Below, piece after piece: positions 13,681 to 23,151 of a stretch of DNA of 64,000 nucleotides. Every line of letters starts with the position of its first letter. The stretch's first letter is position 1. Both the position numbers and the translations under genes were made by a program. The notes beneath the pieces are model-generated. The model saw only the letters and a list, made by a program, of their open reading frames with translations, ran no database searches and had not been told where the DNA came from. This DNA comes from Candidatus Eiseniibacteriota bacterium (lineage in GTDB: Bacteria > Arandabacterota > Arandabacteria > Arandabacterales > Arandabacteraceae), in the NCBI GenBank assembly GCA_043810925.1, contig JBDRNT010000069.1:34352-98351 (forward strand), written 5' to 3'.

Positions 13681-14169
13681 CTAAGCCGTGCCGAACTTCC
13701 TGGCGAGCTTCGTGGCGACCAACTCGGGGACGAACTGAGAGACGTCACCCCCGGCTGAGGCAATCTCTCGAACCAGGGACGAACTCAGGTAGGTGTGTTC
13801 CTCGCTGGGCATGAGGAAGACTGTCTCTATATCGTTGTTGAGTCGCCTGTTCATAAGGGCCATCTGAAACTCATATTCGAAGTCCGATACCACGCGCAGC
13901 CCTCTTACCACAGCGACCACCCCCTGCTGAGCAGCGAAGTCCATCAGAAGACCCGTGAAAGGCTTGACCCTGACGTGTTCGATACCGTCGGTTGCCGCGT
14001 TCAGCATCTCCAGCCTCTCATCGACACTGAAAAACGTATTCTTGGGCGTCGTGTTCGCGACACCGATGATTATGTCGTCGAACACCATCAGGCTCCGGAG
14101 GAGAATATCCAGATGCCCGTTTGTAAGAGGATCGAACGTGCCTGCATAAAGTCCTGTTCTCACCGTCAC
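13681..14169 (-). CDS. coaD: Phosphopantetheine adenylyltransferase.
   Basis: GTFDPLTNGHLDIL nucleotidyltransferase motif; 162 aa. Confidence 0.9.
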   Translation of the reverse strand: MTVRTGLYAGTFDPLTNGHLDILLRSLMVFDDIIIGVANTTPKNTFFSVDERLEMLNAATDGIEHVRVKPFTGLLMDFAAQQGVVAVVRGLRVVSDFEYEFQMALMNRRLNNDIETVFLMPSEEHTYLSSSLVREIASAGGDVSQFVPELVATKLARKFGTA

Positions 14170-14720
14170 CCCCCTGCTGCCGTAGCGGTCAGAAAGAAAA
14201 CCACGCTCTCGCCGAATTTTCTCTTTTTCACAAGCGAGTAGGTCTCAGGGAACGGGAACTGCTCCCGCCAGTGCACTCTCGCTACGACCATTGTATGCTC
14301 CGAAATCGCTTCGGACGTATGGAGCGCCGCAAGCGTCTCCGCGACCTTACCGGATAGAAACGGGGGATCCACAAAAACGAGGTCGAAGGGCGGCCCGTCG
14401 TACTTCCGGATGAAACCAAGCACATCATCTCGGGTTACCGTACAGGTTTCCATCACGCCGAGTTTCCTGACATTCCTGGCTATTATCTCAACCGACCTTC
14501 TTGAAGAATCCACGAAGTGCACCCGGGCTGCCCCCCTGCTCAGGGCCTCTATCCCGAGTGACCCGCTGCCCGCAAACAGGTCGAGTACGCCCCTGCCGTC
14601 AATAGAGGGACCGATGATGTTGAATACGGACTCCCTGATCACGGCAAGCGGAGGACGCGACAGGAGCCCGCGCGGCGCCTCTATTGTCATTCCCTTGAAT
14701 TTTCCGACTATGATTCTCAT
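14166..14720 (-). CDS. rsmD: 16S rRNA (guanine966-N2)-methyltransferase RsmD.
   Basis: RsmD-like sequence (MRIIVGKFKG..., LDLFAGSGSLGIEALSRGA, DLVFVDPPF). Confidence 0.85.
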   Translation of the reverse strand: MRIIVGKFKGMTIEAPRGLLSRPPLAVIRESVFNIIGPSIDGRGVLDLFAGSGSLGIEALSRGAARVHFVDSSRRSVEIIARNVRKLGVMETCTVTRDDVLGFIRKYDGPPFDLVFVDPPFLSGKVAETLAALHTSEAISEHTMVVARVHWREQFPFPETYSLVKKRKFGESVVFFLTATAAGG

Positions 14721-14790
14721 ATGAACCCCAACAGAAAAATCCGTGCTCTATTGTAATAATAAAGCACGGATCATGTCAACTGCTGGTGGA

Positions 14791-15540
14791 CTAATGTAAG
14801 ATCTCGCTCAGTCCTATGAAGAACGAGATATCGGACTCATTGCTGAGCCTCATCTCTCCACTCACTCTCCCCGTACCACCCAGGTGGCAATTCACACCCA
14901 GGATCAACTCTGGGACTGCGTCTTCTCTGAAGTCGTTGCCGTCCTTCCATACTTCCCCGCTTTCAGACGTGCCCCTCCGGTCCACGTGACCGAAGATATG
15001 GGTCAGGCCGAAGCCGATGTATGGTGAGAAATACTCATGTCGCCAGTTGGCTATGACACTCAGCTGAATTTCGTTATACTTGTACCGTGTGTAGTATTCC
15101 TCGGTGTACGTGTCCCCCCAGCCATCGGGTCTCTCGATCTTGACGGTGTTGTCGGAGGTGAAAGAGAGCATCTGAAGATCCACGTATGCCGCAATCTCCG
15201 GTTTGCTGACTTCCCATATGCCGCACCGCGCTCCACCACCCCACGTCATGTTTTGGGCCGGTGTCTCGAAGTCGGGGCCATCCGCTGCCACCCTGAGATC
15301 GCTGGCGCCAAGCCTCGCATACAGATCCAGGTTGTCCATGGCGCCCCAGATGAGCTTACCGACGAAGCGCCGTGACTTCACAAGATCTTCGTCTACCATC
15401 TTGACCTGCTCCTCCGCCTCCAGCGTGACTCCGTAGTTGTCCTTGCCTACAGTAACTGCCGGATTGCCGGCCCCCCCTGCCCAGACGAGCGCGGGAATCA
15501 ACAACGTCGCCGCCAATCCAGTTGCGATGAGTCGCCTCAT
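14791..15540 (-). CDS. Secreted hypothetical protein with a signal peptide, last gene of the pil/Big-protein operon.
   Basis: Signal peptide MRRLIATGLAATLLIPALVWA. No recognisable domain. Separated from the upstream gene by 22 nt. Confidence 0.5.
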   Translation of the reverse strand: MRRLIATGLAATLLIPALVWAGGAGNPAVTVGKDNYGVTLEAEEQVKMVDEDLVKSRRFVGKLIWGAMDNLDLYARLGASDLRVAADGPDFETPAQNMTWGGGARCGIWEVSKPEIAAYVDLQMLSFTSDNTVKIERPDGWGDTYTEEYYTRYKYNEIQLSVIANWRHEYFSPYIGFGLTHIFGHVDRRGTSESGEVWKDGNDFREDAVPELILGVNCHLGGTGRVSGEMRLSNESDISFFIGLSEILH

Positions 15541-15562
15541 GATCGTTTCACCCTCCTGCTTC

Positions 15563-18500
15563 TTACGGGGTTATCGTTATATCTATTGCCGCTTCTACCG
15601 TCGTCATAAAGAGTTTCGCCTTAACCGTAGTTGTTCCTTCTTCGGTACCCGGCGGAATTGTCACCGTCGTGTATGCCGAACCGCTCTCATCTGTCGTACC
15701 GAAGTACGGCGAAACAGAGCCTGCACCCTCGATCGAGAAGCCGATATAGGCCTTGTCGACGGGCAGGAGATTGTAGTGATCCCAGCAGACGACCTGGATG
15801 TTGACCACGCCTCCTGCCGCCCCGCTGAGTGAGCTCGGGAACGCTTCGATGCTGAGCGCGGCATCGACGATTGGCAGTGTGATACCGTACGATGCTGAAC
15901 TCTGAGTCTCTCCCCCCCAGGTACTTGCTATGATCGTCCCATACTCGAAGATCGACTCGGTCCCATATGTGAGACACGCCCGGGTGATGCCCTTTATGGG
16001 ATCACCACTCAACTCGGCGCACGGATATGAGCTACCGGTATATGTCTCCGGATTTATGAACCCGAGATCCGATCTGTCGAGCGTGAAGTAGACGGCCGTC
16101 CCGTTCTCAACCGGGTTATTGAACTGGTCGCGCACAATGGCGGACACACCCAGCGTGTAGGTTCCATCACCGTTTATGACCACTTCACCGACTTGAAGTA
16201 GGATGGAATCCGGATCGCCGGCAGAAATGCCGATCTTCGTGGCTGCGGCCGCATAATCGCCGGATGTTATCGTCATCAGGACAGTACCCGGCTTCGTACC
16301 GCTATTAACGGTGATTGAAGCCACGCCGCCGAAGGTCGGCTTTATAATCGGCCCGTAGCCGTCGGCGGGATCATTGAGGTACTCCCCGCCACCCGGTCCG
16401 GCCTGGATGGTGAAGCTCACATCCGTACCATCCGCAACAGGATTGCTGTGGGAATCGTAGACATGTGCAAGTACAGTAACCTGCGATTCGTCCCACGTAC
16501 CCGCAACCGCAATCCAGGCGGTATCGGGATCGGCGACGATGGCACCGGACGAACCCGAGAGCAGTCTGATGCCGACATCGTGAGTTGCCTTTTCACACAT
16601 GGCCGTTACGGTCGCCGTGGCGCTGCCACCGGTCGGGATGAACTTCGCCGTGGCGATGCCGCCGACCGTGAGACCGATCGGCGTTACTATACCGTTACCC
16701 GCCGACACGGTGAATGAAACGACAGTGCCGTCCGCGACACGGTTACCGTATTCATCAGTCACTTCAGCAACAATCGTCGCCGTCGAGCTGCCGTCACCGG
16801 GCAGGCTGTCCGGCAGTGCGTATGCAGAGACAAACGAGGCCACGTCTGGTGCGAACACCACCTGTGTGGCGGCACCGGCTGCCCCTGAGCTGGCCCTTAC
16901 GGTGACATTGCTGTTGGCTATGCCCGTGGGTACCAGCTCCACGTCCGCAATACCCGAACCGGTCGCGCTCGAAGGCGTAATCGTACCTTCGGTAGTAGAG
17001 AATGTAACAGGCGTGCCGTCGGGAACGGGCGAACCATCGGTGAACGAGACGTAGGCCGTTATCAAGCTGATATTGGCAGGATCGGCACTGATCGCCATAG
17101 GCGTGGCCTTAAGCACTATCACCGGTGTCTCAAAGCCGACGACGATTGCATCCTGGTAGAGACCTCTGTATGAGGCGGCGACCGTCGCACTACCCACGGT
17201 GCTCGCACTCGTAAGCTCGGCTTCAGCCTTTCCATAAGAATTTGTAATAGCGCTTCCCGCGATCATACCGGCGCTCGTTGTAAGCTGTATTGAGGCCCCT
17301 TCGACGGGATTTCCATCCTGCGTCACAAGCGTCGTCCGTACGGTCTGCGATGAGATTCCGTCTGCGACCATCTTGGGCATCTGTGCCTTGAGCGTTAGAT
17401 TAAGACCCACGAACGTCACCTGCACAGTGTCGGCAAGCGCATCGCCGAATGATGCGATCACAGTCGCAGTTGCAGGATAGTCCGCGCTGGTCAGAAGCAC
17501 ATCCGCGTTACCGTAGAAATCGGTAACGGCGCTGCCGGTTATCACACCATCGCTCGTAGCGAAGTCAACGCTGACGCCGCTTACCGGATTGTTGCCCTCA
17601 CCCAGGAGGGTCGCGGTAACGTACTGAGACGACAGGCCGTCGGCGGGCATTCTCGTCAATTCGGCCGTCACATTTATAGCGAGACCTCCAAAGGTCACAT
17701 AGGCGGTCCCCGTCATCAACCCGTATGATGCGACCACAGTTGCGACACCGGGTGATGTAGGGCTGTACAGATAGACTGCGGCGACGCCATTCGCGTTGGT
17801 GTAGGCCATCGCGTCTATCGCACCAAGAGTGGTGGTAAAGGTAACCGGGACGGTTGCCAGCGGAACGCCTGACGTCGTCTCTCCGACCCATGCCGCCACA
17901 TATGAAACAGATGTACCATCCGCGGGCAGATCGTCAGGATCGGCCACCACAAGAACTGATACACCCCTCATGTCGACATCGACCACTTCAGCATAGGGTT
18001 CCACATCGCCGTAGGTGATCCACGCCGTCACGGTCGCAACGACATCGTTTACGCTCGGCAGGCTTACAAGAACCGCACTCGCCTGGCCGGTCGAATCGGT
18101 CCGGCTGACCGCATCCGTGATCACTCCCTTGGCAGGATCGACGTCCCACGTTATCAAGGCACCCTTAACAGGGGCGCCGCTTTGATTCACAAGATCGATC
18201 GAGAGCATCGAATACGACATTCCATCCGCAAGGATGCTCATAGGAGATGCCTCAAGCGCGCCCGCCCCGACCTGGAGGAAAACCTCTTTGGGTACGAGGC
18301 TGCGGCCCGTGGCCCTTATGGTCTCCTGCACGGTGCCGTAGGGTGCGGTGTATACCACCCTCACGATACCGTTCTCGTCCGTTATGCCCGGCGACTCAAT
18401 TGCGCCGTACGTGACCTCAAAGACCAGATCGTGTCCCACTACCGGGTCATTATCAAGATCTACGACCCGGACTTCTACATCGGCAGTTCCACCCGGATCC

Positions 18501-18685
18501 ACACGCACCGGTACTACTTCAAGGTACTGTATCCTGTACTGGGGCGGCTCGGTCTCGATGTAAGGACTGACGGAACCTTCCTTCTCCGCGCACTGAAGGC
18601 ATGCGAAGGTCACAAACAGAATGCCCAGAGCGAGAGCCCTTCTCTTTCTTCGACTCATAATCAGATACCCCCAATCGCCTTTCAA
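15563..18685 (-). CDS. Large surface/secreted protein built from tandem bacterial Ig-like (Big_1/invasin-like) domains, 1,040 aa.
   Basis: N-terminal signal or lipoprotein-like peptide. At least eight roughly 90-aa repeats with a recurring ...ATV.ASYG.....V.F... pattern. Its start overlaps the pilQ stop by 4 nt. Confidence 0.65.
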   Translation of the reverse strand: MKGDWGYLIMSRRKRRALALGILFVTFACLQCAEKEGSVSPYIETEPPQYRIQYLEVVPVRVDPGGTADVEVRVVDLDNDPVVGHDLVFEVTYGAIESPGITDENGIVRVVYTAPYGTVQETIRATGRSLVPKEVFLQVGAGALEASPMSILADGMSYSMLSIDLVNQSGAPVKGALITWDVDPAKGVITDAVSRTDSTGQASAVLVSLPSVNDVVATVTAWITYGDVEPYAEVVDVDMRGVSVLVVADPDDLPADGTSVSYVAAWVGETTSGVPLATVPVTFTTTLGAIDAMAYTNANGVAAVYLYSPTSPGVATVVASYGLMTGTAYVTFGGLAINVTAELTRMPADGLSSQYVTATLLGEGNNPVSGVSVDFATSDGVITGSAVTDFYGNADVLLTSADYPATATVIASFGDALADTVQVTFVGLNLTLKAQMPKMVADGISSQTVRTTLVTQDGNPVEGASIQLTTSAGMIAGSAITNSYGKAEAELTSASTVGSATVAASYRGLYQDAIVVGFETPVIVLKATPMAISADPANISLITAYVSFTDGSPVPDGTPVTFSTTEGTITPSSATGSGIADVELVPTGIANSNVTVRASSGAAGAATQVVFAPDVASFVSAYALPDSLPGDGSSTATIVAEVTDEYGNRVADGTVVSFTVSAGNGIVTPIGLTVGGIATAKFIPTGGSATATVTAMCEKATHDVGIRLLSGSSGAIVADPDTAWIAVAGTWDESQVTVLAHVYDSHSNPVADGTDVSFTIQAGPGGGEYLNDPADGYGPIIKPTFGGVASITVNSGTKPGTVLMTITSGDYAAAATKIGISAGDPDSILLQVGEVVINGDGTYTLGVSAIVRDQFNNPVENGTAVYFTLDRSDLGFINPETYTGSSYPCAELSGDPIKGITRACLTYGTESIFEYGTIIASTWGGETQSSASYGITLPIVDAALSIEAFPSSLSGAAGGVVNIQVVCWDHYNLLPVDKAYIGFSIEGAGSVSPYFGTTDESGSAYTTVTIPPGTEEGTTTVKAKLFMTTVEAAIDITITP
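16100..17900 (-). repeat. Tandem in-frame array of ~285-nt repeats coding for Ig-like domains (within the CDS).
   Basis: Recurrent peptide modules (ATVVASYGLMTGTAYVTFGGL / ATVIASFGDALADTVQVTFVGL / ATVAASYRGLYQDAIVVGFET) inside the 1,040-aa ORF. Boundaries are approximate. Confidence 0.5.
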
Positions 18686-19989
18686 TCGACTATCGTAGGA
18701 GTCACGAAAATCAACAGCTCTCTGCTTTCGTCCACCCTACTCTTCGAGCCAAATGCCCGTCCTATTAGCGGAATGTCGCGCAAAACCGGGACACCGGTTG
18801 AGTAAACACTTTCATTCGTTCTGATAAGACCACCGATGACCGCGGTCTCGCCATCCTGAACCATGACCCGCGTGTCCGCTTCTGCGGTGACGATAATCAC
18901 ACCGCCCTGTACGGTGGCCTGTGCTGACAGATCGCTGACCTCGGGGTGAAGATCCATCGTTATCTCACCGGTCCGGCTGTTCACATGAGGAGTCACCCTC
19001 ATCTGGATACCGACCGTGGTCAGCTGTGTTATGGGGTTGCCGGCTTCATCCGTGACAATCAAGGGGATCTTCTTGCCGACTATTATCGTGGCTTCTCTGT
19101 TGTTCAGCGTGGTGATCCTTGGATTTGAGATTATGTTGGCTTTGTTGTCCCGTTCAAGCGCCTTGATAGTAGCCTCGAAACTGCCGGCGGGACCGACGAT
19201 CTTGCCAATATCAAGTGAGGCCTCGGGTTGTGACACCGTAGCACCCTGACTCTGGGTCGGATCCACCGTGATCTCGCCCGTGGCGTCCATCTTTGCGGCA
19301 TGTTCGCCCTGCACACCGGGGACCACCACGTTGTCTGCAGACCACTGGATCCCGAATTCTCTCGACAGACGAGCGTCGACATCAACCAGTCTCGCTACGA
19401 TCTCAACCTGCGGAGTCTGGGTATCGAGTTGGGTCACCATATCTGCGATATCAGCGACCCGTGGTTCGATATCAGTAACGATCACTGAATTCGTCCTGTC
19501 GTCGACCTCGATGACACCCCGTCTGCTGAGCATTCCTCTCAGGGGTTCGAGGAGTTCGTCAGCCTTAGCGAAGCTGACATCCACGACCTTCGTGGTCACT
19601 GGTTCGAGATCCTCACGCTTTCTCGTGGCCTCGTGCAACTTGATCTCTTCGTTGAGGAACTGGTCCCAGAGTCCAACCCGGATAATGCCGTCTTCTTCTC
19701 TTGCCGCGTACCCATTGGCCTTAAGAACAGTGTCCAATGCCTGTCTCCACGGCACGTTTTCGAGATGAACAGTGACCGGACCCTCCACTTCGGGACTCGC
19801 GATTATGTTCTTATCCGTGTAGATCGCGAAGCTCCGAAGAACCGTATTTATGTCCGCATCCTGCACATCCATGGAAATCTGCTCTCCACCGGGAATCGCA
19901 CTAATGCAGATCCCGCTGAAGAGAACCGCTACAGCCGTCACAAGAACAACCTGACACAACCTGGAGAGTCTGTTTCTTAGCATCACCAT
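18682..19989 (-). CDS. pilQ: Type IV pilus secretin PilQ, short form lacking the AMIN/N-terminal extension domains.
   Basis: Secretin C-domain motifs (ATIIVGKKIPLIVTDEAGNP..., VPVLRDIPLIGRAFGS...ELLIFVTPTIV). Last gene of pilMNOPQ. Confidence 0.85.
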   Translation of the reverse strand: MVMLRNRLSRLCQVVLVTAVAVLFSGICISAIPGGEQISMDVQDADINTVLRSFAIYTDKNIIASPEVEGPVTVHLENVPWRQALDTVLKANGYAAREEDGIIRVGLWDQFLNEEIKLHEATRKREDLEPVTTKVVDVSFAKADELLEPLRGMLSRRGVIEVDDRTNSVIVTDIEPRVADIADMVTQLDTQTPQVEIVARLVDVDARLSREFGIQWSADNVVVPGVQGEHAAKMDATGEITVDPTQSQGATVSQPEASLDIGKIVGPAGSFEATIKALERDNKANIISNPRITTLNNREATIIVGKKIPLIVTDEAGNPITQLTTVGIQMRVTPHVNSRTGEITMDLHPEVSDLSAQATVQGGVIIVTAEADTRVMVQDGETAVIGGLIRTNESVYSTGVPVLRDIPLIGRAFGSKSRVDESRELLIFVTPTIVD

Positions 19990-20690
19990 TCACCCTCTTC
20001 TGCAAGTTCCAAAGTTACCGATTTCGTCAAATCGAAAATCGTTATGGAAAAAGTAATTGAAGCCGGGGTTACGGATACTACGCTCCCATTGATCACCCTG
20101 TCACCGACCCTCAGTGCGTAGCTTCTTCCTCCGTCATCCTCCAGCAGGGCTATAATCCCGGATTCACCCCACACAGATCCCACCATCGTGGCTCCGGACA
20201 CGTCCAGCATCCTACTGCCTCTCTCCATGCCCGTCGCAACCAGTGAGTAGAAGGGGTCTCTCAGGAAGGCGGCTGTGTAAGCTGTGGCCGTCTCCCTGCT
20301 GAGGTCGATGTTGTCGGCGACATCAGGCAAAGCAGCGGCGGTATCAGGCAGGGCCTCCACCGCCGGTTCGGACTCAGGGGCGGTCTGGGCCACTTCATCC
20401 ACTTCTCCAGCCGCAGCCTCAGTCGGTGCCATCGTGTTCATGATGGTGGAACCGGAGAAGATATCACCCTTTGACGGTGCCTTGTCATGCGAACTGCTGT
20501 ATTCGGCCGGCTCCCGGACTGCGCTGTCGCCAGCCCCCAGAAGGAACTCCGTCACCTGGTTAACAGCAAAACTCATGATCTTCTGATGTCCACCAAAAAC
20601 AACGAACACGATGATGCCAACCGCCGCCAGCGGAATCGCTAGGCGCCCGCCTCTGAAAAACTTGATAAACTCTGGCACTTTTGCTGGCAT
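19983..20690 (-). CDS. pilP: Type IV pilus assembly protein PilP-like.
   Basis: Position between pilO and pilQ. N-terminal transmembrane anchor, Ala/Pro-rich linker and a C-terminal beta-domain. Confidence 0.6.
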   Translation of the reverse strand: MPAKVPEFIKFFRGGRLAIPLAAVGIIVFVVFGGHQKIMSFAVNQVTEFLLGAGDSAVREPAEYSSSHDKAPSKGDIFSGSTIMNTMAPTEAAAGEVDEVAQTAPESEPAVEALPDTAAALPDVADNIDLSRETATAYTAAFLRDPFYSLVATGMERGSRMLDVSGATMVGSVWGESGIIALLEDDGGRSYALRVGDRVINGSVVSVTPASITFSITIFDLTKSVTLELAEEGEW

Positions 20691-20708
20691 TTGTTCATAC
20701 TCCTTCGG

Positions 20709-21326
20709 CTATCTCGTACCCTCTGTCGTCGGAGCCTCTGTTCCCGCCGCAGTTCCCGCCTGGTTTACGTTGTATGTGTATGCTGAAACCGTTGCAGAAG
20801 CCTCAACGGTCTCGGGTTCCTCGCCTGCTGCAATCTGTATGATGCTTATCTCCGAAAGCCCTACAAGCCTCTCCATGTTGCACATATTGTCGAAGAATCT
20901 CCCGACCTCGTGGTATCCGCCTGTCACGCTGACGCTGATGGGATACCTTGTGTAGAGATCATACAGTTCCGGAGCCTCGGGTTCGAAAAGAACAAACTCG
21001 ACGCCGGCCTTCATACCTGCCGTCGTCACGTCGCTCAGAAGCATGCTCATCTCGCTGGCTAACGGCAGGAGTCCCCGGAGTACTTCCCACTTGTGTTCGA
21101 GCATCTTCAGCTCTTCCTTGATCTTGGGAAGTGTCCGTACGGCTGACTCAAGGACGCGGAGCTCGCCGGTAACGACCTGCAGTTCCTGCCTTAGCTCGTG
21201 CACCTCTTTCGCAGATCGCTTTTGCGAGAAGGGCAGATAGGACGTGAAGAATATGAGCCAAACCAGGGCGATGACAACGATAAAGCCGACCAAGCCTTTG
21301 TGGATATACGGTTCGCGTAGGTTCAT
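20709..21326 (-). CDS. pilO: Type IV pilus assembly protein PilO.
   Basis: Single transmembrane helix, coiled coil and a PilO-like C-domain. Context pilN-pilO-pilP. Confidence 0.7.
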   Translation of the reverse strand: MNLREPYIHKGLVGFIVVIALVWLIFFTSYLPFSQKRSAKEVHELRQELQVVTGELRVLESAVRTLPKIKEELKMLEHKWEVLRGLLPLASEMSMLLSDVTTAGMKAGVEFVLFEPEAPELYDLYTRYPISVSVTGGYHEVGRFFDNMCNMERLVGLSEISIIQIAAGEEPETVEASATVSAYTYNVNQAGTAAGTEAPTTEGTR

Positions 21327-21892
21327 GAGCCTTCCCCAGCCTTCTTTTGAGTTTTGACGTGATAACCAAGATCAAAGCCAAGCACCGGGGTACCCTGCAT
21401 GTCTTCCTTCCTTATTACCCGCAGAAAGACCGAATCGGTGTGTGTCTTGGCCTCAAGTGCATCCATGAACCGGGAGATCGCCAGGTTCGAGAATGCCCAT
21501 CCTCTGACCTGAGCCGCACCCCCGTTTTCCTGGAATCTCTGCAGCCAGACATACTCAGGCACGCTTCGCGCCAGCTCGTCAAGAAGATGAACCCTCAAAC
21601 GACGATTCTGATCCAGGGTCTCAATCACGCCGATGCGCTGGGTGATCTCTCTTCTCTTGACGGTCAGCGCATCAACCAGAGCGGCCTGCTCTCGATACTT
21701 CTCTTGCTCGGCGACCGCTTCTCCGATTTCCGACTTCAGTGAGGAGATTTCATACGAGCGGAATATGTGTAAGCCGGCGCCTACTATGAGCACCAGTGCC
21801 GCTCCTATCAGCGTCCATACGAATATCTTACCCCAGGTTACAGCTGCTCCGGAGGGCTTCTCCTCTCTCGGCAGGAGGTTTATTCTCACCAT
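21323..21892 (-). CDS. pilN: Type IV pilus assembly protein PilN.
   Basis: Hallmark INLLPRE N-terminus, then a single transmembrane helix and a coiled coil. Confidence 0.8.
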   Translation of the reverse strand: MVRINLLPREEKPSGAAVTWGKIFVWTLIGAALVLIVGAGLHIFRSYEISSLKSEIGEAVAEQEKYREQAALVDALTVKRREITQRIGVIETLDQNRRLRVHLLDELARSVPEYVWLQRFQENGGAAQVRGWAFSNLAISRFMDALEAKTHTDSVFLRVIRKEDMQGTPVLGFDLGYHVKTQKKAGEGS

Positions 21893-21895
21893 AGG

Positions 21896-22942
21896 TTAGC
21901 TCCCTTGTCTTGTGGCAAGTCCTATCGCCACCATCAACGACGGCCCAATGGCGATCGGATCCGCTTCCAGGATCTCCTCTTGACACTCCACATTTCTGAG
22001 GGGATTTGCCAGATCGACCTCGACCGACAGTTTCTCACCGAGGAATGATCGCAACCCTGCTATACGGGCGCCCCCTCCACTCAGAAAGATCTTGTCGACG
22101 GCCTCGGCCTCCCCCGAAGATCTCAGGTAGGAAAAAGACCTCTCAACAGCGATACTCAGGTCTTCGCCTACAGTTTCGATTGCCTTGAGTACCCCTTCGG
22201 GCTTTGCACCGGGAACACCCTCCAGTGCCGCCCTGGCCTCTTCGGAGGTTATGCCCAACCTTCGCTGCATACCTTCAACAAAGGTCTCCCCTCCGAACTG
22301 GATATCCCTGTTGAAAATGGGGATCCCGTTGCGCACGATCCCGATGTTGGTCGCGCTCAGGCCTATATCTATCAGGGCGTAAACCTTGTCCTGCTCATAT
22401 TCGTAGTTGAGTTCGTAGGCGTTCTGCACGGCGAACGTATCAATGTCTATGATCGCCGGGATCAGGTCAGCATCCCTCAGGAGCTCGACGTGAGAGAGGA
22501 CCTTGTCCTTCTTGGCCGCTACAAGGAGAACCTCCATCGTGTTGGCCGCCAGCCCGCGCCTCAGTATCTCAAAGTCTACCGACAGTTCCTCTTGCTCAAA
22601 CGGCACGTATTGCTCAGCTTCCAGAGTCATCACTTCGCGTGCGGTTTCATCATCCATCTCGTCCATCTTGATCTTCTTTATGATCACGGAGCGCCCGCAG
22701 ATTGCGCTGACGACTTCCTTGTTGGTGATTTCCTTTTCTTCGAACACTTCCTTGATCGCAGTGACCACGGCATCGCGGTCCATGGGCTCACCATCGACGA
22801 TGGCCCCGGGCAGAAGCTTCTTCACGCCGACCTTGGTTATCTCACTGCCCGCCGCCGTCTGTTTCATCTCTACTACCTTGATGGCGTAACTTCCAACATC
22901 CAGTCCGATAGTGCTCTTCTGCTTCTTGCTAATTAGCGGCAT
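21896..22942 (-). CDS. pilM: Type IV pilus assembly protein PilM (actin-like ATPase fold).
   Basis: PilM-like sequence (IGLDVGSYAIKVVE..., DIGLSATNIGIV, GGGARIAGL). Confidence 0.85.
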   Translation of the reverse strand: MPLISKKQKSTIGLDVGSYAIKVVEMKQTAAGSEITKVGVKKLLPGAIVDGEPMDRDAVVTAIKEVFEEKEITNKEVVSAICGRSVIIKKIKMDEMDDETAREVMTLEAEQYVPFEQEELSVDFEILRRGLAANTMEVLLVAAKKDKVLSHVELLRDADLIPAIIDIDTFAVQNAYELNYEYEQDKVYALIDIGLSATNIGIVRNGIPIFNRDIQFGGETFVEGMQRRLGITSEEARAALEGVPGAKPEGVLKAIETVGEDLSIAVERSFSYLRSSGEAEAVDKIFLSGGGARIAGLRSFLGEKLSVEVDLANPLRNVECQEEILEADPIAIGPSLMVAIGLATRQGS

Positions 22943-23151
22943 TTTCTACACCTCATGGGAGCGCCGAAGAAACGGAAAGTGATATTGCACGAAGAGTCCA
23001 AGACAGCAATTATCATGCCGTTAGCTCTCATATCAGAGACTCCACCAGGGACGTGTCAGAAAGCCCCTGCTGCAAAAAGCCATCCGCGTGCAGTCTGAAT
23101 TTACGTCTCGATTTGCAAGTAATGTATTGCAATGTTGAACCCTCAGGACCA

